Source: an uncultured Gemmatimonadales bacterium (GTDB lineage: Bacteria > Gemmatimonadota > Gemmatimonadetes > Gemmatimonadales > GWC2-71-9). Taken from it: a stretch of 64,000 nt of DNA. Where the stretch lies: the NCBI GenBank assembly GCA_963748815.1, contig CAVVKJ010000010.1:832001-896000 (forward strand), given 5' to 3'. A program made the position numbers and the translations under genes. The notes under the pieces were generated by a model. It was not told where the DNA came from. It saw only the letters and a list, made by a program, of their open reading frames with translations, and did no database searches. Position 1 is the stretch's first letter, and each line of letters begins with the position of its first letter. Positions 52,489 through 61,942 of the stretch are shown one piece after another.

Positions 52489-54638
52489 TCAGGGAGCGAC
52501 CGGCGCGAGCGGCGGCAGGCCGTTCAGCTCGCGCGCCGCACCGACCACGTCCCCGATCCCGGCAAAATCCACCGCGATGATGTTTGGCGTCATCCGCCGC
52601 TCCCGCTCGCACTGTCGCGCCCGTTTCACGATCACCTCCCGCTGGTTCACGATCTGCGCATTGCTCGGCTTGGGCGTGGGGGTGGTCTCGATCCAGTGAT
52701 TGATGAGGAAAAGCCCGCCGCGCGGCGTGCCGCGGTTGGCCTTGCAGGAGAAGTCCTCCGGCGTGTGGAAGGTGTAGGGCGTCTCCGCCATCAGCCCCTC
52801 CCACGCCAGGTGGTACCACGGCACGTCGCCGGTGTCGTATTCCCCGAGCACCACCAGCCGACCGCCGCTCGCCACCATCTCGCCCAGGGTCGGCCAGGTC
52901 GGCCCCAGGGGCCCTCGATAGACGAACTCGATCAGGCCGCTCTCCTCGAACGCCGCCACGATGTCCGCCGGAGGCACGTAGTCCTCGAAGTCGATCAGGA
53001 TCACCTCGTTGGGGTGGGTCCGGAGGAATTCGGCGAACGTGCGCAGCACCGGTCCGATCGGAATCGCCCCGAGCTCGCAGTACCCGTGACAGAGGTAGAT
53101 CCCGCTGGCCCCCACCTCGCCGGTGAACTGCTCCCGAATCCGCATGCCCGCGGCCCACGCCTCATTGCCGATGACATTGGCGGTCTTGGCCTTGGCGTAC
53201 GGAACGACATCGAAGTCGGTCCGGACCTTGTCGCCCATCACGTTGCCGCGATAGGGGTCGAGGAGGAACGCGCGCACGCCTCGCTCGAGCAGCAGGGGGA
53301 TGTCCAGGTCCTGGTTGGGGAAGAGCCACACCGGGTTCATCGCCGAGCCCATCGCATTGTGGGCGCCCGGGAACACGACCCGGTTGAAGGGTCGCGCGCA
53401 CAGCGCCACCGCCCCGTTGCACGCGCCGCGGGCCGCGACGACCGGTTCGGGTGGCTCGACCGCCGGCCGCAGGCGCAGCAGGACCGCCGCGCCGATGACA
53501 CCGATCACCAGGAACGTCACGATCCGGACGCCGACCAGGGCCACCGGCGCGACACGGATCTCGTCGCCGCGGCCGCGGAACTCGGCGGGAAGGCTTCGGT
53601 GGGCAAACCGCCGCCAGCCCACGAGGCTGAGCACCAGGAGGAGCGCCCCCCGCTGACGGCCGCGACGGAGAGCGCCAGCGCCGGAAAGCACACCGCGAGC
53701 AGCCCGGCGGCGCCGATCATGAACAGGCGACCGGTCTCCGCCAGCGCCCGCTCGCGTCGGCGAGAAAGGAACTCCCACACCCCCTGGCGGATGGTGCTGG
53801 CATCGAGCTCCTCGCCCGGCACCGCGACCAGTGCGAGCGCCGCTCCGAGGACAGCCACGACGATGCCAATCACGCGCAGCGGACCGAAGAAGGCCATCCA
53901 CAATCCCGTGGCGGCGCCCGCGGCGGCGGCATCGGGAATCCCCGCCGCGAACAGCAAGCGACCCGCGGGAACCACCAGCGCAAGCGCGACCCCGATGGTC
54001 GCGACACCCACGCTCACGGACAGGGCGGTGAGGCGCCGGACCGGGGATACGAGAATTGCCGCCACGAGGAGAAGGAACGCGGCCAGGAATCCCAATCGTC
54101 CGAACACCCGAGCCTGCTCCACGGCGCCAAGCACTCCCACGGCGGCCGTGAGCGCGGGGGCGACCCCCTCGAGATTGAGGAGCGGTTGCAGCGTCGCCGG
54201 AACCCGCTCCGCCGCCGAGGGGCCGGCGACCTTCAGCGCCTCGTGGATCAGCTCGCCCGCGTCGGGAATGGCGAGGAGGATGTTCTCGGCCGTGGACGAC
54301 AGCAGCGCCTGGTGGATCTTGCGCACCGCCGGGCGCAGCAGGGCGCGGAACGGGTCCGAGGCCACGACGCCGCGCGCCACCACCACGAGAATCGGCCGGA
54401 ACGCCGTCAGGTCGGGCTGCTGCCCAATCACCGCGTCGGTCAGCCGCAGGGCGACGAACTCGCTGACCTGAGGGTTCTCGACGCTGGAGCTCACCCGTTC
54501 CGCGAACGCGTCCTCGCTGAGCAGGACCCGGCCCACGTACATCATGATGAGACTGAGCGCCAGCACCAGCAGGCCAACCCCGGCAAGCAGGCTGGCGAGC
54601 CCAGGCGACCACCTGCCACCGCGTCCGGCGTTCGTCAT
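52489..54638 (-). CDS. Multi-pass membrane protein with C-terminal PI-PLC-like phosphodiesterase domain; frameshift near 53650
   Basis: 'CNGAVALC', 'FPGAHNAM', 'LERGVRAFLLD', 'YLCHGYCELG', 'FLRTHPNEVIL', 'WPTLGEMV', 'LFLINHW', 'PNIIAVDF'. Confidence 0.8.
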
Positions 54639-54701
54639 AGTTCCTCTGATTTCAAGTGAGGTGACATCTGTCCCGGCGACGGCCTCAAACTCTGCCGATC
54701 G

Positions 54702-57122
54702 CTACAGGAGACTCACCGGGTCGCGGTCGATCGTGACCCGGGGTTCTCCCCCGCCTGCGAGGCGCGTCGCCCCGTAGCGCACCACCCGCCCGAGCACCGC
54801 TCCATCCCCCTTCAGCGCGACATGCCACCGCCACCGCGTCTTGATGCGCGCGAGCGGACAGGGCGCCGGTCCCAGCACGGTCAGGTCCAGCCCGTGCCGA
54901 TCGGCGAGCGCCGCGGCCCATTCCGCCGTTTCCGCCGCCACCCGCCCCACCGCCGTCTCATCCTTCCCGGAGATGACCAGGTTGACGAGCCCGGTGGTCG
55001 GGGGATACGGGGGCGAGCTGCGCAGGGCGAGCTCCTCCGCGAGAAATCCCTCCGCATCGTGCTCGGCGGCCCGCACCAGCGCGTGGTGCGTCGGCTGCCG
55101 GGTCTGGACGAACACCCGCCCCCCCTGGGGACCCCGCCCCGCCCGCCCCGCCACCTGGGCAATCAGCTGGAAGGTCCGCTCCGCCGAGCGGAAGTCGGGG
55201 AGGTGCAGCGCCGTGTCGGCGTCCACCACGCCGACCAGCGTCACGTTCGGGAAGTCGAGCCCCTTGGCGATCATCTGCGTGCCGAGCAACAGGTCGACCT
55301 CGCGCCGCTCGACCGTGCCGAGGATGCGGTGGTGCGCCCACTTCGTGCTGGTCGTGTCGAGATCCATGCGGGCCAGGCGCGCCGTGGGGAACCGCTCCGA
55401 GAGCCACCGCTCCAGCTGCTGCGTCCCGATCCCGCGCATCTGGGCGACGGCATGCCCGCAGGAGACGCAATTTTCCGTGAGGGCGGCCTCGAAGGCGCAG
55501 TAGTGGCAGCGGAGCGCCGGCGGCGACTGGTGCACCGTCAGGCTGATGCTGCACGAGGGACACTCGGGGACGTGCCCGCAATCGGGACACTGCAGGAAGG
55601 CCGCGAATCCGCGCCGGTTGAGGAGGAGCATCCCCTGCTCGCCCCGCGCCAGCACCCGGGAGACCGCCGCGTCCAGCGTCTCCGACCAGGGAATGGCCCC
55701 TGAGCCGGGGATCTTCGGCGTGGAGCGCAGGTCCACCAGCTCCACCGGCGGCAGCTTCCCCGCCCCGACCCGTTCCGGCAGCCGCACCAGCCGCAACCGC
55801 TTCCCCTCCCCCGCCTCCGCCCAGCTCTCCAGCGACGGCGTGGCGCTCCCCAGCACCAGCCGCGCACCCTCGAGCCGGGCCCGCACCGCCGCCACCTCGC
55901 GCGCGTGGTAGCGCGGCGTTTCGCCGTTCTTGTAGGTGGCCTCGTGCTCCTCGTCCACCACGATGACCCCGGGCGCCGTCACCGGCGCGAAGATGGCCGA
56001 CCGGGCACCGACGGCCACCTTCCGTTCTCCGCGGCGGAGCGCCCGCCAGGCGTCGGCCCGCTCCCCGTCCGAGAGTCCGCTGTGCAGCACCGCGACGTCG
56101 TCGCCGAACATGCCCCGGACGCGACGCACCGTCTGCGGGGTCAGGCCGATTTCCGGCACCAGGATGATCGCGCCGCGTCCACTCGCGAGCCCGCGCCGGA
56201 TGGCCTCGAGGTACACGAACGTCTTGCCGCTCCCGGTAATGCCGAAGAGCAGCGCACCCTCGCCTCCCTGCAGCCCCTCCACCTCCGCCAGCGCCCTCCG
56301 CTGGTCGTCGGAGAGCGCGTCCGGCGGCGGGGTTCCCGACTCGCCGGCGAAGGGATCGCGTACCCGCTCCACGTCTTCGAGCCGCGCTTGTCCCCCGGCT
56401 ACCAGGGCACGGATCAGCGCGCTGCTGAACCCGAGTTGGGTCCGCAGGTGGGCCACCGATGCGGTGCCGCCGAGTTCCTCCACCGCCTCATAGAGTGCGC
56501 GCTGCCGGTGCTTGCCGCCAAAGTGCGCCTGGCGCTCGAGCAGGGTCGGCCGCTGTTCCCCGAGGGTCACGACCCGCTCCGTCACCGCGCCGCCGCCGGT
56601 GTCCGGCGACACGATGGTGAGCGTCACGGCACCCACCCGGGCCAGCCGATCCACGGCATCCCACACCCCGCGCTTCATTCCCCGCGCAATGGCGCCCACC
56701 GAGGCGGACCCACCCTTGCGCTCGAGCCACTGCAGAATCTCGGCGCCTGTGCCGCCGGGGACGCGCCGCGCCGCGGCGATCTCCACCACCACCTCGGAGC
56801 TCCCCCAGAGCCCGGCCGGCAGCGCCGCCTTGAGCGCGAGACCGATCGGCGCGCCGTAGTACCCCGCCATCCACTCCACGGTGCGGAGCAGCGCCGGGGT
56901 CAGCGCGGGTTCGTCGTCCGGCGTCGCCAGGATCGGCCGGGCGGCCATGTCCGGGGCGGGGACCTCGACGGCGGTGACGATGCCGATGAGTTCCCGGCCC
57001 CGCACCGGCACGACCACGCGGGCCCCGGCCGCCACGCGGTCGGCCAGGGTGTCGGGGATCTGGTAGGTGTAGGGAGTGGCGAGGGGAAGCGGAAGCGCGA
57101 CCTGCGCGTACCGATCGGTCAT
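54702..57122 (-). CDS. priA: Primosomal protein N' (replication restart helicase)
   Basis: 'LLFGITGSGKT', 'LVPEIGLTPQ', 'DEEHE', 'LGSATPS', 'LNRRG', Cys clusters, 'GTQMIAKGLDF', 'QVAGRAGR', 'IDRDP'. Confidence 0.97.
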   Translation of the reverse strand: MTDRYAQVALPLPLATPYTYQIPDTLADRVAAGARVVVPVRGRELIGIVTAVEVPAPDMAARPILATPDDEPALTPALLRTVEWMAGYYGAPIGLALKAALPAGLWGSSEVVVEIAAARRVPGGTGAEILQWLERKGGSASVGAIARGMKRGVWDAVDRLARVGAVTLTIVSPDTGGGAVTERVVTLGEQRPTLLERQAHFGGKHRQRALYEAVEELGGTASVAHLRTQLGFSSALIRALVAGGQARLEDVERVRDPFAGESGTPPPDALSDDQRRALAEVEGLQGGEGALLFGITGSGKTFVYLEAIRRGLASGRGAIILVPEIGLTPQTVRRVRGMFGDDVAVLHSGLSDGERADAWRALRRGERKVAVGARSAIFAPVTAPGVIVVDEEHEATYKNGETPRYHAREVAAVRARLEGARLVLGSATPSLESWAEAGEGKRLRLVRLPERVGAGKLPPVELVDLRSTPKIPGSGAIPWSETLDAAVSRVLARGEQGMLLLNRRGFAAFLQCPDCGHVPECPSCSISLTVHQSPPALRCHYCAFEAALTENCVSCGHAVAQMRGIGTQQLERWLSERFPTARLARMDLDTTSTKWAHHRILGTVERREVDLLLGTQMIAKGLDFPNVTLVGVVDADTALHLPDFRSAERTFQLIAQVAGRAGRGPQGGRVFVQTRQPTHHALVRAAEHDAEGFLAEELALRSSPPYPPTTGLVNLVISGKDETAVGRVAAETAEWAAALADRHGLDLTVLGPAPCPLARIKTRWRWHVALKGDGAVLGRVVRYGATRLAGGGEPRVTIDRDPVSLL

Positions 57123-58135
57123 CGCGGCGTGACGCCAAGCCCCGGACCGGTCGGAAGGCGGAGCTGTCCGCCGGCGATGGTGGCGCCGACGAACGGATCC
57201 TTCGAGAGGAGCGCGGCACCGTCGAGGTCCACGATGTCCACCAGCGGAGTGAAATGCGCCGCGGCCGTGATGGCCAGCGAACTCTCGATCATGCAGCCGA
57301 CCATGACCATCATGTGGTGCGCCCGGGCGACGGCGATCATCCGGATCGCCTCGCGGAGGCTGCCGCACTTGGCCAGCTTGATGTTGATGCCGTCCACCTG
57401 GCCCACGAGGCCGGGGATGTCGCTCGCCACCTTGCACGACTCATCGGCGATGATCGGGATGTTGGCGGCCATGCGGATGACCCCGAGCCCCTCGAGATCC
57501 GTCGGCACCAGCGGCTGCTCCAGCACCGTGACCCCGAACTCCTCGAGCACCGGCAGCATCCGGATGGTGTGCTTGACGGTCCAGCCGCAGTTGGCGTCCA
57601 CCCGCAGTTCCCGGTCGGTGGCGTCGCGAATGGCCTCGAGAATTTCCATGTCCCGGTCGCTGCCGAGCTTGATCTTCAGGATGGGGTACTCCTCGGCCTC
57701 CAGCACCTTCATGCGGATGCGCTCGGGGGTGTCGATGCCGATCGTGAAGGTGGACATCGGCGCCTTGGCAGGATCCAGTCCCCACATCTGGTACACCGGC
57801 ACACCGAGTCGCTTGCCGACCAGGTCGTGCATGGCGGCGGAAATGGCGGCCCGGGCGGAGGGGTTCCCCTTGAGCGCCGTTTCCAGTCGCCGGTCGGTCT
57901 CGTCCAGGTCGAACGGGTCGGCGGGGAGGTGCGGCGCGTAGTTCTGCAGCGTCTGCATGACGGTTTCGGAGGTCTCGCCGTAGAACTTGGTCGGCGCCGC
58001 CTCGCCCCACCCTTCGTTGCCGTCGCCGTCGGTCAGCCGGACCCAGACGGTCTTGTAGTCGCTCTGGCCCCCGCGCGCGATGATGAAGGGGTGTGTGGTC
58101 TTGAGTTCGAGGTATTCGGCCTGGAGACGCAGCAT
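57119..58135 (-). CDS. L-Ala-D/L-Glu dipeptide epimerase (enolase superfamily)
   Basis: 'GWGEAAP', 'LKIKLG', 'RVDANCGW', 'LEQP', 'ADES', 'INIKLAKCG', 'GCMIES', 'VDLDG'. Confidence 0.9.
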   Translation of the reverse strand: MLRLQAEYLELKTTHPFIIARGGQSDYKTVWVRLTDGDGNEGWGEAAPTKFYGETSETVMQTLQNYAPHLPADPFDLDETDRRLETALKGNPSARAAISAAMHDLVGKRLGVPVYQMWGLDPAKAPMSTFTIGIDTPERIRMKVLEAEEYPILKIKLGSDRDMEILEAIRDATDRELRVDANCGWTVKHTIRMLPVLEEFGVTVLEQPLVPTDLEGLGVIRMAANIPIIADESCKVASDIPGLVGQVDGINIKLAKCGSLREAIRMIAVARAHHMMVMVGCMIESSLAITAAAHFTPLVDIVDLDGAALLSKDPFVGATIAGGQLRLPTGPGLGVTPR

Positions 58136-58213
58136 GGACAGTTCCAATCGTGAGGGCGTGCGGTGCGACAACTCGGTGTCACAGGTAAGCTAACGTTCGG
58201 CAACGAACAAGAC

Positions 58214-58320
58214 GAGGGAAGCTCGGAAGGAAGGGAAACTCGGAAGACTGCTTGGTGGGTGCGTCCGCACCCCCCTTCTCGTTCTTCCGCGTTTCCGGCT
58301 GTTTTCCGCGCTTCCGCGTG
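58214..58320. repeat. Family D palindromic element (inverse copy of 6333-6440)
   Basis: 'gttcttccgcgtttccggctgttttccg' is the reverse complement of 6349-6376. Confidence 0.8.
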
Positions 58321-58339
58321 ATTGTTCCTGCGTTGGGAT

Positions 58340-59236
58340 CTACACCAGCGCCGCCACGAACGCCGCGGCGCCCTTGGCCAGCCGCCCCGGCACGTACCCA
58401 CCCTCCAGCGTCCCCATGATCGGCACGCCGGGCATCCGCTCCCGCAGCCGCTCGGTCAGGATCCGGTAGTGCCTCGGCTCCAGGGTGAATCCGCCCAGCG
58501 GGTCCCCCGCCATCGCGTCGAATCCCGCCGACACGATGACCGCCTCCGGCATCCACTCCTTCGTGGCCGCCTCGATGGCAAGCCACAGGTCCCGGACATA
58601 GTGCTCCGGCTCCAGCCCCGGCGGCCTCGGCACGTTGAAGAGATTCCCGACCCCGCGTTCCGACGCGGCGCCGGTGAACGGCCACCAGGGCGACTGATGC
58701 AGCGACACGAACCGCAGGTCGGCATCGCGCTCGACCAGCGCCTGCGTCCCGTTGCCGTGGTGCACGTCCCAGTCGACGATGAGCACCCGCCGCCGCCCCA
58801 GCGCCTGGAAGCGGCGCGCCGCGATCACGGCGTTGTTGACCAGGCAGAACCCCATCGCCCGGTCGGCCAGGGCGTGATGCCCCGGAGGTCGCACCGCCGC
58901 AAAGGCGTGGCGCTCTCCCGCGTGGCTTCGCTCCACGGCGGCCAGCACCGCGCCGAGCGCACCGAGCATCGCGTCCCAGCTGTGGGGGCTCATCACGGTG
59001 TCGGGGTCGAGCTGCCGGCCGCCGGCCGCGTGGGCCGCCCGCAGCGCCTCGAGGTGCGCCGGGGTGTGGACCGAAAGAATGACGTCGGGGTCGGCGGGGG
59101 CAGCGGTGAGCAGGTCGGCGCCGGGGACCAGCGCCAGCGCGTCGAGCACGGCCGCGATCCGGGACGGCGCCTCGGGATGGCCGGGCCCCGCATCGTGGAG
59201 CGCGCAATTGGGGTGACTGTAGACTGCGACGGCCAT
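58340..59236 (-). CDS. Histone deacetylase family protein
   Basis: 'HPEAPSRI', 'RPPGHHA', 'MGFCLVNN', 'DWDVHHGNGTQ', 'SAGFDA', 'LEGGY'. Confidence 0.95.
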   Translation of the reverse strand: MAVAVYSHPNCALHDAGPGHPEAPSRIAAVLDALALVPGADLLTAAPADPDVILSVHTPAHLEALRAAHAAGGRQLDPDTVMSPHSWDAMLGALGAVLAAVERSHAGERHAFAAVRPPGHHALADRAMGFCLVNNAVIAARRFQALGRRRVLIVDWDVHHGNGTQALVERDADLRFVSLHQSPWWPFTGAASERGVGNLFNVPRPPGLEPEHYVRDLWLAIEAATKEWMPEAVIVSAGFDAMAGDPLGGFTLEPRHYRILTERLRERMPGVPIMGTLEGGYVPGRLAKGAAAFVAALV

Positions 59237-59260
59237 GACGCCCGCCGAGGAGGAAGAGTG

Positions 59261-59524
59261 TTACTTGACCGGGCGGCGACGCGTCGGGAGGACGATCAGC
59301 GCGGCGTTGTCGACCACCTGGGCCTGCTCGAGGGACACCGTCTCGTCGTGCAGCGAGGCGCCGCGGAATTTCACCTCGTAGCCCCCCGGATCCCGGGTGA
59401 CGTGGGTCATGACGAGCGCCCGGAGCTTCAGTTCCGCCACCGACGCCGACGGCGGCAGCTTGAGTTCGACCGTGTCCCAGGCGTCCTGCACCGTCACCCG
59501 CACCAGCAGCGCATCGGTGCTCAT
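59261..59524 (-). CDS. Small ubiquitin-like (beta-grasp; YukD/EsaB-like) protein
   Basis: 87 aa with a Ubl pattern: 'VELKLPPSASVAELK', 'VKFRGASLHDETVSLEQAQVVDNAALIVL'; no C-terminal GG. Confidence 0.65.
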   Translation of the reverse strand: MSTDALLVRVTVQDAWDTVELKLPPSASVAELKLRALVMTHVTRDPGGYEVKFRGASLHDETVSLEQAQVVDNAALIVLPTRRRPVK

Positions 59525-59793
59525 GTGGTCACCACCGCGGGCGTGGGAAGGGTGGAGAGGAACCGGCCGACCGCCTGGTCGAAGAAGAGCGTCGAGGCGC
59601 GCACCCGGGTAACCCCGTCGGCGGCGAAGACCGCCAGGGCGATTTCCTCGCCTCCCTGCCCGCGCAGCGCCAGGTAGGCCGGTCCCTCGGACTCGGGGAA
59701 CGCCGCCGACTGCGGCATCCGCTGGGCAAAGAACGCCTTCGCCCGCCCGATCACCTCGGGGCCCGGCAGGGTGGTCGTGGTCTCGTGCACCAT
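59521..59793 (-). CDS. Small hypothetical protein
   Basis: 90-aa ORF whose stop overlaps the Ubl start (ATGA); it starts 7 bp after the upstream stop. Confidence 0.7.
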   Translation of the reverse strand: MVHETTTTLPGPEVIGRAKAFFAQRMPQSAAFPESEGPAYLALRGQGGEEIALAVFAADGVTRVRASTLFFDQAVGRFLSTLPTPAVVTT

Positions 59794-59800
59794 GGTCGGC

Positions 59801-60915
59801 TCAGCGCTTGAGGATGGCGATGCCGGTCGGCTGGGCCGGCAACGGGGTGGTGCTCACCTTGGTGAGCGTGGTCAGGTCGATCACGTCCACCGCGCCGGGA
59901 TCGGCGCCGATCGACTCCTGCGTGACGTAGGCGTACCGGCTGTCCGGGCTGAACGCGACGCCGTGCACGATCTTCTTGGTCGTGGGGATCCGCGCCAGCT
60001 CCTTGAGGGTCCGGGCGTCCACGACGCTCGCGCTCTGCGCCTTCTTGTTCGTCACCACGACGAACCGCCCGTCGGGCGACGGCTCCACGTTGTAGGCGCC
60101 CGCCCCCACCGTCACTTCGGCGCGCATCGTCAGCGCTTCGGCGTCCCAGACCTGCAGCGTCCCCTTGTGGTTGCAGGCGACGTACAGCGTCCGGTCGTCG
60201 GACGAGACGCTCACGAAGGTGGGTGCGCACTCGTTGTCGACCGGAGGCGCGGCGGCCGGCGCGCTCGCGGGGGCGCCGTGATTCATGCCCGCGTGCCCTC
60301 CGGCAGCCGCCGGAGGCATGACCATGCCCGAGCCGGTCGCGGGCGCGCCGCACGATGTCGAACGTCGCCACGTCGATCTGGAGGAGTTCGTCGCTGTGCA
60401 TGCAGGAGATCCAGACCGCCGTCCCCGCGTGATTCACCTTGACGCCGTGCGGCATGTCGCAGGCGGGGATGTCGGTGATGGTCATCATGTCGGGCGTGTA
60501 CACCGCGGAGACCGAATTCACCCGCGGATGGTCGCCGTGAAAGTCGGAATTGGCGACGAAGGCGAACTCGCCGTCGGGCGTGACCGACACGGTGGTGGGG
60601 AAGTACTCCAGCTGCGCCCGGCCGGCCAGGGTGTCGTTGCTCGCGTCGAACCGCCAGAGCGTGCCGTACGGGCGTGCCGTGGGCAATCGACACGTAGTAC
60701 CAGCGCTGGTCGGCGGAGACGGTGATGTTGTGCGGCCCGTCGATGTCGGCGGGCATGACCCCCACCGGCACCACGTGATCCACCACCAGCGTGGCGCCCT
60801 CGGGCCGGAGCCAGGTGACGATGTCGCCCGACTCGCTGACCACCCCCACCCGATAGGACTGGGCGGCGAGGGGTGTCGCGAGCAGGGCCAGGCCGAGCAC
60901 CAGCGTGCGTCGCAT
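59801..60915 (-). CDS. Secreted YVTN/YncE-like beta-propeller protein; frameshifts near 60670 and 60340
   Basis: Signal peptide; blades 'VSVTPDGEFAFVAN', 'SSDDRTLYVAC', 'SPDGRFVVVTN', 'FSPDSRYAYVT'. Confidence 0.82.
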
Positions 60916-60976
60916 TGCGTTCCTCCGGGAAGCCAAGGCAGAGTTGAAAGCTAGTGGAGGGGAGGAAAGAGAAAAA

Positions 60977-61086
60977 GGACTTGGGACTTGGAGGGGCGAA
61001 AGGTCTCAGGAGAAAGGAGAGGCCCAGTCTTCACAGCATCTCCTCCTTTTACTTTTCTCCTTACGCCCCTCCAAGTCCTTAAGTCC
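60977..61086. repeat. Family E inverted-repeat element (GGACTTGGGACTTGGAGGGGCG ... CGCCCCTCCAAGTCCTTAAGTCC)
   Basis: Arms at 60977-60998 and 61064-61086; similar elements at 61819-61922 and 63249. Confidence 0.85.
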
Positions 61087-61789
61087 CTCTTCTCCCTTCT
61101 CTCTCCTGTGCTTCAACAGTCCCGCAATACGGCTCCCCCTGTCGCAGGAAGTTCAGCAATCCCGTCCGCCGTCGGAGGACCAGGACCAGCTCCCCGGGAG
61201 GCGGGTCCGCGACCCCCTCGACCGTGAGGAAGGCGGGGAGGGTCGCCCCGGCGGGCGCGGCGGCCTGGTATCGGCGACCATGCCACCCGAATTCGAGCAT
61301 CGGCGGGAGGCGCCGGACCACCTGGTCCAGGAAGAAGTCGTCGTCCACCTGGTAGACGCCCTCGGCGACCACCTCCCCGCCGAGATGGAAGAGGGGATCG
61401 AATGGCTCGCCGTCGCTCCGGGCGAAGTTCTCCTCGGCGGCCTCGTCGAACGCCTCCAGCGCCCCCTCCCGGGCGCGCCACTCGAGATGATGCCGGAGTT
61501 CGTGGGTCAGCGTCTCCCACGCCTCCTCGCGCCACTTGAAGTCGGGATCGAGCTCGGCGAGCGCCAGGAAGGAGCCGTGATAGAGCACCACCCGGCTCTG
61601 GATCTCGTCGACGGCGCCGGTTTCGCCGGCATGGAATGGAATGCAATGGCCCAGCGTGAAGATCTCGGCGCGGGTGGGATGCGGCACGGTGCGCGGAGAG
61701 ACGGTGATCTCGGAGATCCCGTCCAGAAATTCGGTGGGCACCTCGGCGCTGAGGCGGGAGACGAGGGTTTGGAAGTCGTTAAGTCGCAT
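61079..61789 (-). CDS. Zincin-like metallopeptidase (Zincin_1/DUF1025-like)
   Basis: 'SRVVLYHGSF', 'ETLTHELRHHLE'. Confidence 0.75.
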   Translation of the reverse strand: MRLNDFQTLVSRLSAEVPTEFLDGISEITVSPRTVPHPTRAEIFTLGHCIPFHAGETGAVDEIQSRVVLYHGSFLALAELDPDFKWREEAWETLTHELRHHLEWRAREGALEAFDEAAEENFARSDGEPFDPLFHLGGEVVAEGVYQVDDDFFLDQVVRRLPPMLEFGWHGRRYQAAAPAGATLPAFLTVEGVADPPPGELVLVLRRRTGLLNFLRQGEPYCGTVEAQEREGRRGT

Positions 61790-61818
61790 GGAGTATTGAC
61801 CCGGAAAAAGGAGAAAGC

Positions 61819-61922
61819 GGACTTGGGACTGGGAGGGGCGGAAGGCGGAAGGAGAAAAGAGGCCCTCAACCTGATTTCCTCCTTCCGCCTCACTCCTTCA
61901 ACCCCTCCAAGTCCTCAAGTCC
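61819..61922. repeat. Family E inverted-repeat element
   Basis: ggacttgggactgggaggggcg ... ccctccaagtcctcaagtcc. Confidence 0.85.
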
Positions 61923-61942
61923 CTTCTCCGTCCTCCAGTCCC

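Noticed and set aside
52421..53158. 245-aa ORF ending in the PriA C-terminal peptide (second priA?)
   Set aside because: Only the last 13 codons match priA; the rest is an alternative frame of the PLC-like gene.
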